Origin: Bradymonadia bacterium
GTDB taxonomy: Bacteria > Myxococcota_A > Bradymonadia > UBA7976 > UBA1532
Reading direction: 5' to 3'
NCBI GenBank assembly: GCA_046290225.1
Contig: JBKAGE010000037.1
Coordinates: forward strand, 96,001 to 160,000
DNA: 64,000 bases
Made by a program: the position numbers and the translations under genes. The notes beneath the pieces were generated by a model. It made no database searches and was not told the DNA's origin. It worked only from the letters and a program-made list of their open reading frames with translations. Shown piece after piece: positions 10,298 to 19,233 of this stretch. The first letter of the stretch is position 1. The number at the start of each line of letters is the position of its first letter.

Positions 10298-11593
10298 TCA
10301 GGGTGCTGGGGCTTCTGCTGGGGGCTGACCCGCGGGGCGGGGCTGCTCGGCGGGGCTCGGCGCCGCCGGCACATTGTTCGTGGGGGCATTGTTCGTGGGG
10401 GCATTGTTCGTGGGGGCAGTGTCTTTGGGCGTCTTCTCGACGGGCGGGGCCTTCGGCGCCGCCGGCTTGGTGGGCGCCAGCTCACCTGGAACCTCATCCG
10501 AGCCCGCTTCGACCTCCCGGCCACCTCCACCGTACTGCTCCCCGAGGGTCTCGATGGCCTTGAGGGTCTCCTGCACCTCGCCGAGGCGCCTCTGACGCTG
10601 TGCCTCGGTGAGACCGGTCTGGCCGCGGGCCTTCAAGTACTTGAAGTACTCGTTGTCGATGGTGAACACCGGGCGGATACGGCCCTTGAGAGAGGACTCG
10701 TAGCTCTGCAGGGTCTGATAGAAGCTGTAGAACTCAGGATCTACGTCGAAGGCCCGGGCGTAAATGCGCGCCGCAACGGCATCGCCTTCACCCTCGATCT
10801 GGCGCGCCTTGCGCTCAGCTGTGGAGCTGATCACCCGCAGGCGGTTCTTCATCTCACCGCTGATGCGCGCCTTCTGACCCAAGCCCTGAGAGCGATACTT
10901 CTCGGCGATCTTGTTTCGCTCGCTCACCATGCGCTTGTAGATGTCTGCCTGCACCTCGTCGACGTAGTTGATGCGCTTGATGCGCACATCGATGACCTCA
11001 ATGCCGTACTCGTCTCGAGCGGTCTTCTGAGCGCTGTCGGTGATCAGGCGCTGGATCGACTCGCGGCCGAACTTGATGCGGTAGAGCAGATCATCTTCGC
11101 TGTTGATGTCGTCACCCTCGGTGCCGATGCTCTGCTCTTCCAGGCGTGCGCGCTCTTCTTGAATGCGACCCACGACCCGGTTCTCGCGATCGGAGCGCAC
11201 CAGCTCGATGAGGTCGTTGTTGGTGATGATGTCTCGCACCTGGGAATCGAGCAGATCGTCAAGACGGCTCTGAGCGCCGCTGGCATCGCGGACCGACTCG
11301 AGGAACTTCAGCGGATCGACCACCCGCCAGCGGGCGGTGGTGTCCACCTCGATGTACTTCTTGTCCCGGGTGGTCACCTGGCTCTTGGAGCCGTCCCAAC
11401 GGATGTACCGTTTGTCGAAATAACGCGCGGTGTGCCACGGCATCTTGAAGTGGATGCCGGCATCGGTCTGCGTGGAGATGGGCTTGCCGAACTCCGTGAC
11501 CACCACCTGCTCGGTCTCGGTGATCACATACAGGCTCTGGCTGCCCACAACTGCGATCAGCGCCACGAGGGCGAGGGCGATGTAACGCTTCAT
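10298..11593 (-). CDS. hflC: FtsH protease modulator HflC with a long low-complexity C-terminal tail
   Basis: N-terminal TM, SPFH domain (YGIEVIDVRIKRINY...IYKRMVSER, DPEFYSFYQTLQSY). Overlaps the hflK stop by 4 nt. Confidence 0.92.
   Translation of the reverse strand: MKRYIALALVALIAVVGSQSLYVITETEQVVVTEFGKPISTQTDAGIHFKMPWHTARYFDKRYIRWDGSKSQVTTRDKKYIEVDTTARWRVVDPLKFLESVRDASGAQSRLDDLLDSQVRDIITNNDLIELVRSDRENRVVGRIQEERARLEEQSIGTEGDDINSEDDLLYRIKFGRESIQRLITDSAQKTARDEYGIEVIDVRIKRINYVDEVQADIYKRMVSERNKIAEKYRSQGLGQKARISGEMKNRLRVISSTAERKARQIEGEGDAVAARIYARAFDVDPEFYSFYQTLQSYESSLKGRIRPVFTIDNEYFKYLKARGQTGLTEAQRQRRLGEVQETLKAIETLGEQYGGGGREVEAGSDEVPGELAPTKPAAPKAPPVEKTPKDTAPTNNAPTNNAPTNNVPAAPSPAEQPRPAGQPPAEAPAP
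10372..10416. repeat. 3 x 15-bp tandem repeat (CATTGTTCGTGGGGG) encoding PTNN(A/V) in the hflC tail
   Basis: Read directly from the sequence. Confidence 0.9.
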
Positions 11594-12654
11594 CGGGCAC
11601 CCCCCTGAGTCGCCTTGGGGCCAACGCCCTTGCCACTGAGATCGAGGAAGGGCAACAGGCCTTGCTGATCGGGATCGATCAAGATGACCTCTTCCATGCG
11701 CGGCAGTACCCGCTCCATGGTCTCGAGGTACATCCGGCGCCGGGTGACGTCGGGGGCCTTGAGATACTCCTCGTACACCCGGGTGAACTTCTGCACGTCA
11801 CCGAGGGCCTGGTTGATGCGCTGTGAGCGGTAACCCTGGGCCACCTGCACGCGCTGGAGCGCCTCACCTTCAGCTTTAGGCACCTGCTTGTTGAACTCCC
11901 GGCGGGCCTCGTCGACAAAGCGCTCTCGATCCTGCTGAGCCTTGTTGACGTCGTTGTACGCCGACTGCACCGACTGAGGCGGCTTCACGTCCCGAAGCTC
12001 CAGAGAGGTGATCTGGATGCCGGTCTCGTACTCTTCCATCTTCTTCTGCAGGTTCTTCAAAACGTCTTGCTGCAGACGAGAGCGGCCCACGGTGAGCACC
12101 TCTTCTACGGTCATGTCGCCGACGACGCTGCGCATGACCGACTCGCTCATGTCCCGCAGCGTCTTCACCGGCTCCTCGTTCTTGAAGAGGTAGTTCTGCG
12201 GGTCGACGATCTTGTACTGCACCACCCACTCGACGTCGGCGATGTTGAGATCACCAGTGAGGAGCAGGCTCTCGTCGTCGAACTCTTCGCGGCTGTAGGT
12301 GGTGCGCTTGTCGGCCCTGAGGGTGCGCAGGCCGAACTCTTCTTTGTGCACCGTCTCTGTGGCCACTCGGTGCACCTTGTCGATGCCGAAGGGCAGCTTG
12401 AAGTGGAACCCCGGAGAGACGGTGTCGTGGTACTCGCCAAAGCGCATGACCACCCCCTTCTCTTGAGGCTCGATGGAATAGCCAGAGGTGATGAGCAGCC
12501 CACCGACGATGAGGGCGGCCCCCACGACGATGGCGATGCGCACCGCCTGCTTGGGGTCGATGTTCAGCTCGGGGGGGCCAAACTGCCCACCACCACCGCC
12601 GCCGCCACCGCCGGAGCGGCGACCGCTGAACTGGTCATTGGGATCCCAGGGCAT
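11590..12654 (-). CDS. hflK: FtsH protease modulator HflK
   Basis: MPWDPN start with Gly-rich N-terminus, TM, LLTGDLNIADVEWVVQYKI, APDVTRRRMYLETMERVL. AAGGAG RBS. Confidence 0.95.
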   Translation of the reverse strand: MPWDPNDQFSGRRSGGGGGGGGGQFGPPELNIDPKQAVRIAIVVGAALIVGGLLITSGYSIEPQEKGVVMRFGEYHDTVSPGFHFKLPFGIDKVHRVATETVHKEEFGLRTLRADKRTTYSREEFDDESLLLTGDLNIADVEWVVQYKIVDPQNYLFKNEEPVKTLRDMSESVMRSVVGDMTVEEVLTVGRSRLQQDVLKNLQKKMEEYETGIQITSLELRDVKPPQSVQSAYNDVNKAQQDRERFVDEARREFNKQVPKAEGEALQRVQVAQGYRSQRINQALGDVQKFTRVYEEYLKAPDVTRRRMYLETMERVLPRMEEVILIDPDQQGLLPFLDLSGKGVGPKATQGGAR

Positions 12655-12917
12655 CCTGTGCTCCTTGTGCGGGTGACTGTCTCACCCACTGTCTCGAGAG
12701 CCACCCTCACTGTCTCAGACAGGTGAGACAGCAGGTGAGGTCAGCTCACCAAGTAGAAATGTTCAAGACTGACATCAATGTCAGGATTTCCGCCCCAGTG
12801 AAGCCACCACCAGGATGCCCACCCTGGTACCCCGGCCCCATCAGAGGCGCTCTCACGCTTTTTATGCCGCGTTCTGCCGCGGCGGTGTCCAACGGAATGC
12901 AACAACGCCGGCCAAAC

Positions 12918-12933
12918 TGGCACGTTTTAAGCA
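12918..12933 (+). promoter_or_regulatory. Putative sigma54 (-24/-12) promoter
   Basis: TGGCACGTTTTAAGCA has GG and GC at canonical spacing, 46 nt upstream of ATG 12980. Confidence 0.6.
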
Positions 12934-12979
12934 TTACGTCACATTCGTTTTTCCACACATGTAGATTTGGAGCCTCACC

Positions 12980-13219
12980 ATGAACTCGAGCAACACCCCT
13001 CACCTCAGCTACTCCGACGTGCAGGCCCAGGTGGTTTCCTCTGCACTGGCGGGCCGCACGCGCACTCAAGTTGATCTCTCAGGGCCTTTAGATGCCCTGA
13101 TGCTGCCGAGGGTGCCATGGGGGCACGCTTTGGCACCCATGTGCCACCTGGCACACCTGGTGACCACGCTCGAGGTGGTGCACCCGGTCACCCTCGATCT
13201 CGAGGAGGATGCCGCGTAA
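12980..13219 (+). CDS. Small hypothetical protein (79 aa)
   Basis: GGAG RBS before ATG and sigma54 motif upstream. No recognisable domain. Confidence 0.45.
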   Translation: MNSSNTPHLSYSDVQAQVVSSALAGRTRTQVDLSGPLDALMLPRVPWGHALAPMCHLAHLVTTLEVVHPVTLDLEEDAA

Positions 13220-13323
13220 ACCCTTGAGGTGTCGGTGGTTTGACGGTCGAACATTCGGTTCGTAGGTGATCGGCCGGATAAAAAAATCATCGCGTTTCTC
13301 AAGTCCCCCGCCAGGGCCGCCGA

Positions 13324-13339
13324 TGTCAAGTCATTGACA
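13324..13339. promoter_or_regulatory. Perfect inverted repeat TGTCAA-GTCA-TTGACA (operator-like)
   Basis: Seen directly, 30 nt upstream of ATG 13370. Confidence 0.5.
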
Positions 13340-13369
13340 GTTCCACGGACGCACCACAGGAGGCCCATT

Positions 13370-13882
13370 ATGTTGACGTGCATCGAATGTCGCTGCTCGA
13401 TCCTGCACCGCCCACAAGAGCCCCTCGTCGAGGTGCAGCACGGTCTGTGTATTCCCTGCTTCACCAAGCGCCTCGAGTCCACCGGGCAGCGCAGCCTGTG
13501 GACGCTCTCCGACGTCGACATCGAGTTGCTGCAGCAAGATGCGCTCATCATCGACGAGCAGCTCTCGGTGGTGGGCATCAACACTCAGGCCTGTAAACGC
13601 TTCAACCTCAAGCCCGTGCGTTGTCGCGGTCGCCGCTTCGACGAGGTCCTCGAGATCCTCGACCGCCCGGAGATCGTCGAATGGTGCGAGGCCAACATCG
13701 AGAGCCGCCGCATCGAGCGTCGAGCCATGGAAGGCCTGCTCGACTTGCCAGAGGGCCCTCAATGGGCGCTGGTGATGCTCACCGTGGGCCGTGGCCGTGG
13801 CTCGGTGGTCATCGACTTCAGCTGGCATAGCCGCACTGAAGATGCTGAGCAGAATCTGCCTGCAGATGTGGTGCACATGTAA
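13370..13882 (+). CDS. Zn-ribbon (CxxC...HGxCxxC) plus PAS-like small protein
   Basis: AGGAGG RBS. CIEC...HGLCIPC followed by a PAS-like segment DALIIDEQLSVVGINTQACKRF...GRRFDEVL. Confidence 0.65.
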   Translation: MLTCIECRCSILHRPQEPLVEVQHGLCIPCFTKRLESTGQRSLWTLSDVDIELLQQDALIIDEQLSVVGINTQACKRFNLKPVRCRGRRFDEVLEILDRPEIVEWCEANIESRRIERRAMEGLLDLPEGPQWALVMLTVGRGRGSVVIDFSWHSRTEDAEQNLPADVVHM

Positions 13883-14021
13883 GAGACCCGCCTGCGATCT
13901 CTGCACGGTCAACTGCGGTTTCTGCCGGCTGACCATCTACTCTCTTCCCGCTCTCCCTTCCGTCCTCTCGTCATCTGCTGGTATGTGAATCCCACCGCAC
14001 ATTGCACGAGGGGTTCGTCTC

Positions 14022-15536
14022 ATGGAGCCAGCGCAGAGCCTCAACATCGCCGAGCGTTTTCTCGACGCCCGCATCGCCGAGGGTGATGGGGATCGCGTCG
14101 CCCTGAAGACCACTGGCGGTGACTTCACCTATGCTCAGGTGCACGATCTCGCGAGCCGCTATGCGACGGTGTTGCGCGATCGAGGTGTACGCCAGGAACA
14201 ACGGGTGATCATCGCGCTCCCCGACGGCGCGGACTTCGTGGGCGCTTTCTTCGGCACCCTGAAGCTGGGGGCGGTGGTGGTGATGGTGAACCCGCACCAG
14301 CCCGCCGATGCCATCTTCGATGTGTGCGATCGCGCCCGAGCACAGGTGTGCGTGCTCTCAGCGGGTACGCTGCCCCACGGCGATACACCCTGGCCCGCCC
14401 GCTGGCTCGAGGTGGGTCACCCTGCAGACGACGAAGCCCTGGCCGGCGCCAGTCCCATGACGCAGACAGTGCCCACGCACCGCGACGATCCGGCGATCTG
14501 GCTGTTCTCCGGAGGCACGACGGGGCGGCCGAAGGCGGTGGTCCAGAGCCACGCCTCCTTCGCGTACACCACGGCCCGCTATGGACACGAGGTGCTGGGC
14601 TATGATCGCGATGACGTGGTGCTCTCGGTGCCCAAGCTCTACTTCGGCTACGCCACGGGGGCCAACCTGCTGTTCCCCTTCTCGGTGGGTGCCACCTCGG
14701 TGCTGTTCTCGGAGCGCTGCACGGTCGATACGCTCTTCGCCATGATCGAGCGCTTCTCGCCGACGATCCTGATCAACGTGCCCACCATGGTGAACCACAT
14801 GGTGAACGCCCCGGAAGCGCCCGACATGGCCTCGCTCCGGCTGTCGACCTCTGCCGGTGAGGCGCTGTCGCCCACCCTGCACGGCCGCTGGCGAGAGCGC
14901 TTTGGAGTGCCCCTCGTCGACGGCCTGGGTACGGCGGAGATGTGGCACATCTTCTTGTCCAACCGCCCCGACAAAGTACAGCCCGGCACGCTGGGCTGGC
15001 CGGTACCAGGCTTCGAGATCGAGCTGCGCGATCCCGAAGGGCGTCCAGTGTCTCAAGGCGAGGTGGGACGCATGTGGGTGAAGGGTGGTGCCCGCGCCAT
15101 CGGATACTGGCAGAACGCCGAGGCTGATCGTGAAGCCTTCGTCGGGCCCTGGTACGCCTCGCAGGACATGTTGTGCCAAAACGCCGACGGCAGCTTCACC
15201 TACTGTGGCCGCGGTGACGACATGCTCAAGGTGTCGGGCCGCTGGGTCTCTCCTCGAGAGGTGGAAGACTCTCTGCTGAGGCACCCGATGGTGAAAGAGG
15301 CTGCGGTGGTGGGGGTGGCCGACGCCGCAGGCCTGGTGAAGCCCTGGGCCTTCATCTTGCCCGCCGAGGGCCTGCCTGCGCACGAAGCTGAAGCGGCGAA
15401 GGCCTTGCAAGATCACGTGAAGTCCGATCTCGAGCCTTACAAGTACCCCCGGCAGGTGCGCTTCATGGCGGATCTGCCCCGCACGCACCTGGGCAAGGTG
15501 AGCCGGGGGGCTCTCAAAAAGATGGCCCACGGCTGA
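14022..15536 (+). CDS. Benzoate-CoA ligase family (AMP-binding) protein
   Basis: WLFSGGTTGRPK P-loop, PKLYFGYATG, DGLGTAEMWHIF, GRGDDMLKVSGRWVSP, YKYPR...LPRT..GK. Confidence 0.9.
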   Translation: MEPAQSLNIAERFLDARIAEGDGDRVALKTTGGDFTYAQVHDLASRYATVLRDRGVRQEQRVIIALPDGADFVGAFFGTLKLGAVVVMVNPHQPADAIFDVCDRARAQVCVLSAGTLPHGDTPWPARWLEVGHPADDEALAGASPMTQTVPTHRDDPAIWLFSGGTTGRPKAVVQSHASFAYTTARYGHEVLGYDRDDVVLSVPKLYFGYATGANLLFPFSVGATSVLFSERCTVDTLFAMIERFSPTILINVPTMVNHMVNAPEAPDMASLRLSTSAGEALSPTLHGRWRERFGVPLVDGLGTAEMWHIFLSNRPDKVQPGTLGWPVPGFEIELRDPEGRPVSQGEVGRMWVKGGARAIGYWQNAEADREAFVGPWYASQDMLCQNADGSFTYCGRGDDMLKVSGRWVSPREVEDSLLRHPMVKEAAVVGVADAAGLVKPWAFILPAEGLPAHEAEAAKALQDHVKSDLEPYKYPRQVRFMADLPRTHLGKVSRGALKKMAHG

Positions 15537-15614
15537 GAGGTCATCGAAAAAACCTGTCAGACTTCTCGAAGGCTCGGCGAACCCCCTGATGAACCACACA
15601 TCAGGAGATTCTTC

Positions 15615-16604
15615 ATGCGCCACGCCACTCGACTCCCCCTCGCTTTCTGTGCTCTCTTCGCCCTCGGCGGCTCTGGCTGCAGCATCTTCTACGACGTCGA
15701 AGAGAGCGCCGGGGTCACCAAAACCATCTTCGACGACACCCTGCCTTCATCTCTCAGCGAGGTCTTTGAAGAGTGCACCGAGCCTCTGATCATCGAAGGG
15801 GGCATCGACGAGATCGACATGCTCGGCAGCTGCACCATCCACGACACCGACAGCGCCGGCGCTGACGCCGTGGTCATGAGCCTCGCGCTCAACGGCCCCA
15901 TCGACCTCGGCGCCTCTATCCCTCGCCGTCTGTACACCGGCACCGAGACCATCGACGGGTTCTCGTGGCCCATGCAGAACTGTGAGGTGGACTTCGACTT
16001 CACCGTGCGCCTCGACAAGCTGAAGATGTACAACCTCGACAGCGCATGGACCAACCACGGCGGCGATCCAGCGCTGTGGATCGACTTCGACTTCAATCGC
16101 TGGGCTGACGTGGTGGAGTTCAAGGTCGAGCACACCGTCGACTGCCCCAGCCGTATCAACGAAGGCATCTTGCGGGGCCTCTTCAACGTGGCCATCCCCA
16201 GCGGATGGCGGCAGATGGAGATCGACGGCCTCGATCTCGACATCTGGGTGGAGCTGTACGACGCCGGTGACGAGGTGGGGGCCGAGCTCGCCCTCGACAT
16301 CGATCTCACCGAGCTCGACACCGACACCTACTTGTCCGATCTGCCCATCTCCGACGAGGTCATCCTCGGCGCATTGGGCTTCAGCCTGAGCAACATCGAA
16401 GACGAGATAGAAGATCAACTGTACGACGCACTCGCGAGCCTGCCCGGCGAGGTGGCCGATCTGATCAATGGGGAACTGCCCGACGGGCACACGGTGTGCT
16501 CGGTGAGCCAGTCTGGTGGTGAGCTCACCGTCACCACCGACGACCCCGGGATCATGGCCTGTGCTCGGGTTCGGACCTGGACGCCTGACCGTATGATCAG
16601 GTGA
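15615..16604 (+). CDS. Acidic hypothetical lipoprotein
   Basis: AGGAG RBS, signal peptide with GSGC lipobox, strong coding codon bias. Confidence 0.8.
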   Translation: MRHATRLPLAFCALFALGGSGCSIFYDVEESAGVTKTIFDDTLPSSLSEVFEECTEPLIIEGGIDEIDMLGSCTIHDTDSAGADAVVMSLALNGPIDLGASIPRRLYTGTETIDGFSWPMQNCEVDFDFTVRLDKLKMYNLDSAWTNHGGDPALWIDFDFNRWADVVEFKVEHTVDCPSRINEGILRGLFNVAIPSGWRQMEIDGLDLDIWVELYDAGDEVGAELALDIDLTELDTDTYLSDLPISDEVILGALGFSLSNIEDEIEDQLYDALASLPGEVADLINGELPDGHTVCSVSQSGGELTVTTDDPGIMACARVRTWTPDRMIR

Positions 16605-16645
16605 TGGCTGAAAGCTGAGCGCGGAGTCGCTATACTGCCGCGCCC

Positions 16646-19216
16646 ATGTCGAAGCACCATCCCAGCACCGCGACCCCCTCACGCCATGGCGCTCCGCTCG
16701 CCCTGATGGTGTTGTGCGTCGCGGCGTTGTGTGCTGTGGCGTCGAGTGCGTGCTCCCCCCGCAATGTGGGCCGGCCTGACGCCATCGAGCCAACAGGGCC
16801 TGCAACGCACGGTACAGAGCAGCAAAACTCGACAGCTTCGGAGTCTTCGGAGCCTGCTGACTCCGGGCTCTTCGAACTGGGGCTGTCGATCTGGCGGTTT
16901 CTGGTCAACCCTCCACTCCCGCCTACCCCCGACATTGAAGTGAAGACGTTCGATCCCGAGCAGGTGAGCCCTGTCTTCGCTGGTGACGATGTGCCCCCGT
17001 CTGCCCAGGCGGGTTGGGCTGCCTTCGAACGCGGCCAGTGGAAGATCGCCCGCGCTGAGCTGCAGACCTTCGTCGACGCCGAGGGTGAGCACGCTTTGGC
17101 CCCCTGGGCCCATTACCTGTTGGGCTGGCTGTACGATCGGGCGGCGAAAGCGCGCCTCGCCATGACACATTACGTGAAGGCGGCTGAAGGGCTGCCTGAG
17201 CTGGCCACCATGGCCCGTGCCCGTGGTGCTCAGGCGGCGGTGCGCGCCGGGCGTCTCGAGCAGGCCCTCGAACTGCTCGACCAGCTGCCTGCGGAGGGCC
17301 GCTTCGCTCAACAGGCATTGTCTCTGCGCTCCAGGGTGCTCCAACGGCAAGGGCATCACCGTGCAGCCCTCGACGCCTTGCAACAATGGCTGGCCACAGG
17401 CCCCCGCAAGAGCGCTCGTCTCAAAGGCTTGCTGCGTCAGGCCACCCTCCTCGGGCACCTCGGCGATCGGCGGGCACAGGCCCAGGCGCTGCACGCGCTG
17501 TGGCGTCGACACCCTGATCACAGCGTCGGCGATCAGGCACGCGTGCAGCTCAAGCAGCTCAAATCGAAGATGAGCACCAAAGACTGGCGGGCGCTCGGCC
17601 CCGGCCTGGGCTTCTCCGGCGCCGCCTCCGTGATCCGGGAGGGCTGGCGCAACCTGCAGCGGGACTACGCCCGACGCATTCAGCGCGACGTCGGCCGGCT
17701 CTTACGCAAAACCGGTCGCCGCGGCGGCCTCACGGCAGGCGATCCGCTCTGGTGCGACGGGTGGTGGCTCATGGCCCACGCCCACAAACTGCGCCGCATG
17801 CGCCCCGAGCAAACCCAGGCGTGGCGTACCTTCATCGAAGAGTGTGCTGCTGATCCCCGACAGGGCGAGGCCCGCTTCGCCCTCGGGCGTGCCCTCTGGA
17901 ACAGCGATGACGACGATGGCGCTCTGGCCATCTTCGAAGCCCTGTGGCGCGAGCACCCGCAAGCCGCCCAGGCCGACGACGCGCTGCTCAACGCCGCCAT
18001 CATCCACCACCGAAGCGATCGGCCCGAAGAAAGCCGCCAGAGAGTGCTGGCTCTCGTTCAGGCCTACCCCTCAGGTGATAAGGCCAGCGACGCCCACTGG
18101 ATGCGCATGAGCGATCTGCTCGCTCAGGGGGCCTGGGCTCAGGCAGCTCATTATGCCGCCGAGGTTCAACAGCAAGGGCAGGCCTTCGCCCGGGCGCCCC
18201 TCACCCGCAACCGCATGCAGTATTTCCAGACCAGGGCCCTCGAGCTGATGGGGCGCGCCGATCTCGCCATAGAAGGCTACCAGGCCGTGGTCCGCAACGA
18301 GCCCATGGGCTACTACGCCCTGCTTGCTCTGAACCGCATGCGGGCGCTGCAACCCGAAGACTTCGATGACATGTACCAGGCGCTCGTGCACAGCACCGGC
18401 GCCGGTGTGGCACACCTGACCCTGCCGAGCCGCCCGTGGATGCAGGACGAAGCCTTCGGCGCTGCCATGGCGTTGATGCGCGTCGGCCTCATGACCGAAG
18501 CGCGACGCGCCTTCACATGGCTGCGGCGTCACTATCAGGCTGGCGACGAGCTGAAGTGGCTCGCAGCGCAGTTCTTCGAGCATGCCGGTGCCGAAGGTCA
18601 TGCTCGGGACATCCACGCCCACGAGGTGCGCTCCGTCGCCGGTGGCTGGCCCACGGGCGATCTCAAGGCCCGGTTCAGCGCCGCCTTCCCACAGCCCTTC
18701 GAAAAAGACGTGAGCACCTGGAGCGAGCAGCGCGATCTCTCCACCCCTCTGCTCTACGCCATCATGCGAGTGGAGTCGGGCTTCAACCCTCGAGTGGTCT
18801 CGTGGGCCAAAGCATGTGGCTTGATGCAGATGCTCGTGCCCACAGCCAGGCGCCTCGCCCGGGACGACGGCGTCAAGCGGTGGAACCGCATCGGCTGTGG
18901 CAGCCTCAAGCGGCCGAGCCTGGCCATCCGCCTCGGCAGCCGGTTCCTCAGCTGGCTCATGCAGAAGAACCAGGATCACCCCGCCCTCGCCGCTGCGGGC
19001 TATCACGCCGGCCAGGGCAACGTGAACAAGTGGCTGCGTCGTGCCGGGCATCTGCCCTTCGACGTCTGGGCCGAGCAGGCCCCCTTCCCCCGTACTCGGC
19101 GATACATTCGCCGGGTGCTCACCACCATGTGGACTTATCAGTGGCTGCGGGCTGAAGAGGGTGTATCTCCTCTGATTCACCTGCCCATGCACCTCGATAC
19201 CCTCGCTACGCGATAG
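16646..19216 (+). CDS. slt: Soluble lytic transglycosylase (SLT domain) with TPR scaffold, probable lipoprotein
   Basis: C-terminal AIMRVESGFNP (catalytic Glu), GLMQ and GYHAG motifs. TPR-like helices and an N-terminal hydrophobic segment ending SSAC. Confidence 0.9.
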   Translation: MSKHHPSTATPSRHGAPLALMVLCVAALCAVASSACSPRNVGRPDAIEPTGPATHGTEQQNSTASESSEPADSGLFELGLSIWRFLVNPPLPPTPDIEVKTFDPEQVSPVFAGDDVPPSAQAGWAAFERGQWKIARAELQTFVDAEGEHALAPWAHYLLGWLYDRAAKARLAMTHYVKAAEGLPELATMARARGAQAAVRAGRLEQALELLDQLPAEGRFAQQALSLRSRVLQRQGHHRAALDALQQWLATGPRKSARLKGLLRQATLLGHLGDRRAQAQALHALWRRHPDHSVGDQARVQLKQLKSKMSTKDWRALGPGLGFSGAASVIREGWRNLQRDYARRIQRDVGRLLRKTGRRGGLTAGDPLWCDGWWLMAHAHKLRRMRPEQTQAWRTFIEECAADPRQGEARFALGRALWNSDDDDGALAIFEALWREHPQAAQADDALLNAAIIHHRSDRPEESRQRVLALVQAYPSGDKASDAHWMRMSDLLAQGAWAQAAHYAAEVQQQGQAFARAPLTRNRMQYFQTRALELMGRADLAIEGYQAVVRNEPMGYYALLALNRMRALQPEDFDDMYQALVHSTGAGVAHLTLPSRPWMQDEAFGAAMALMRVGLMTEARRAFTWLRRHYQAGDELKWLAAQFFEHAGAEGHARDIHAHEVRSVAGGWPTGDLKARFSAAFPQPFEKDVSTWSEQRDLSTPLLYAIMRVESGFNPRVVSWAKACGLMQMLVPTARRLARDDGVKRWNRIGCGSLKRPSLAIRLGSRFLSWLMQKNQDHPALAAAGYHAGQGNVNKWLRRAGHLPFDVWAEQAPFPRTRRYIRRVLTTMWTYQWLRAEEGVSPLIHLPMHLDTLATR

Positions 19217-19233
19217 TGCGTCACTCAGAGGCC

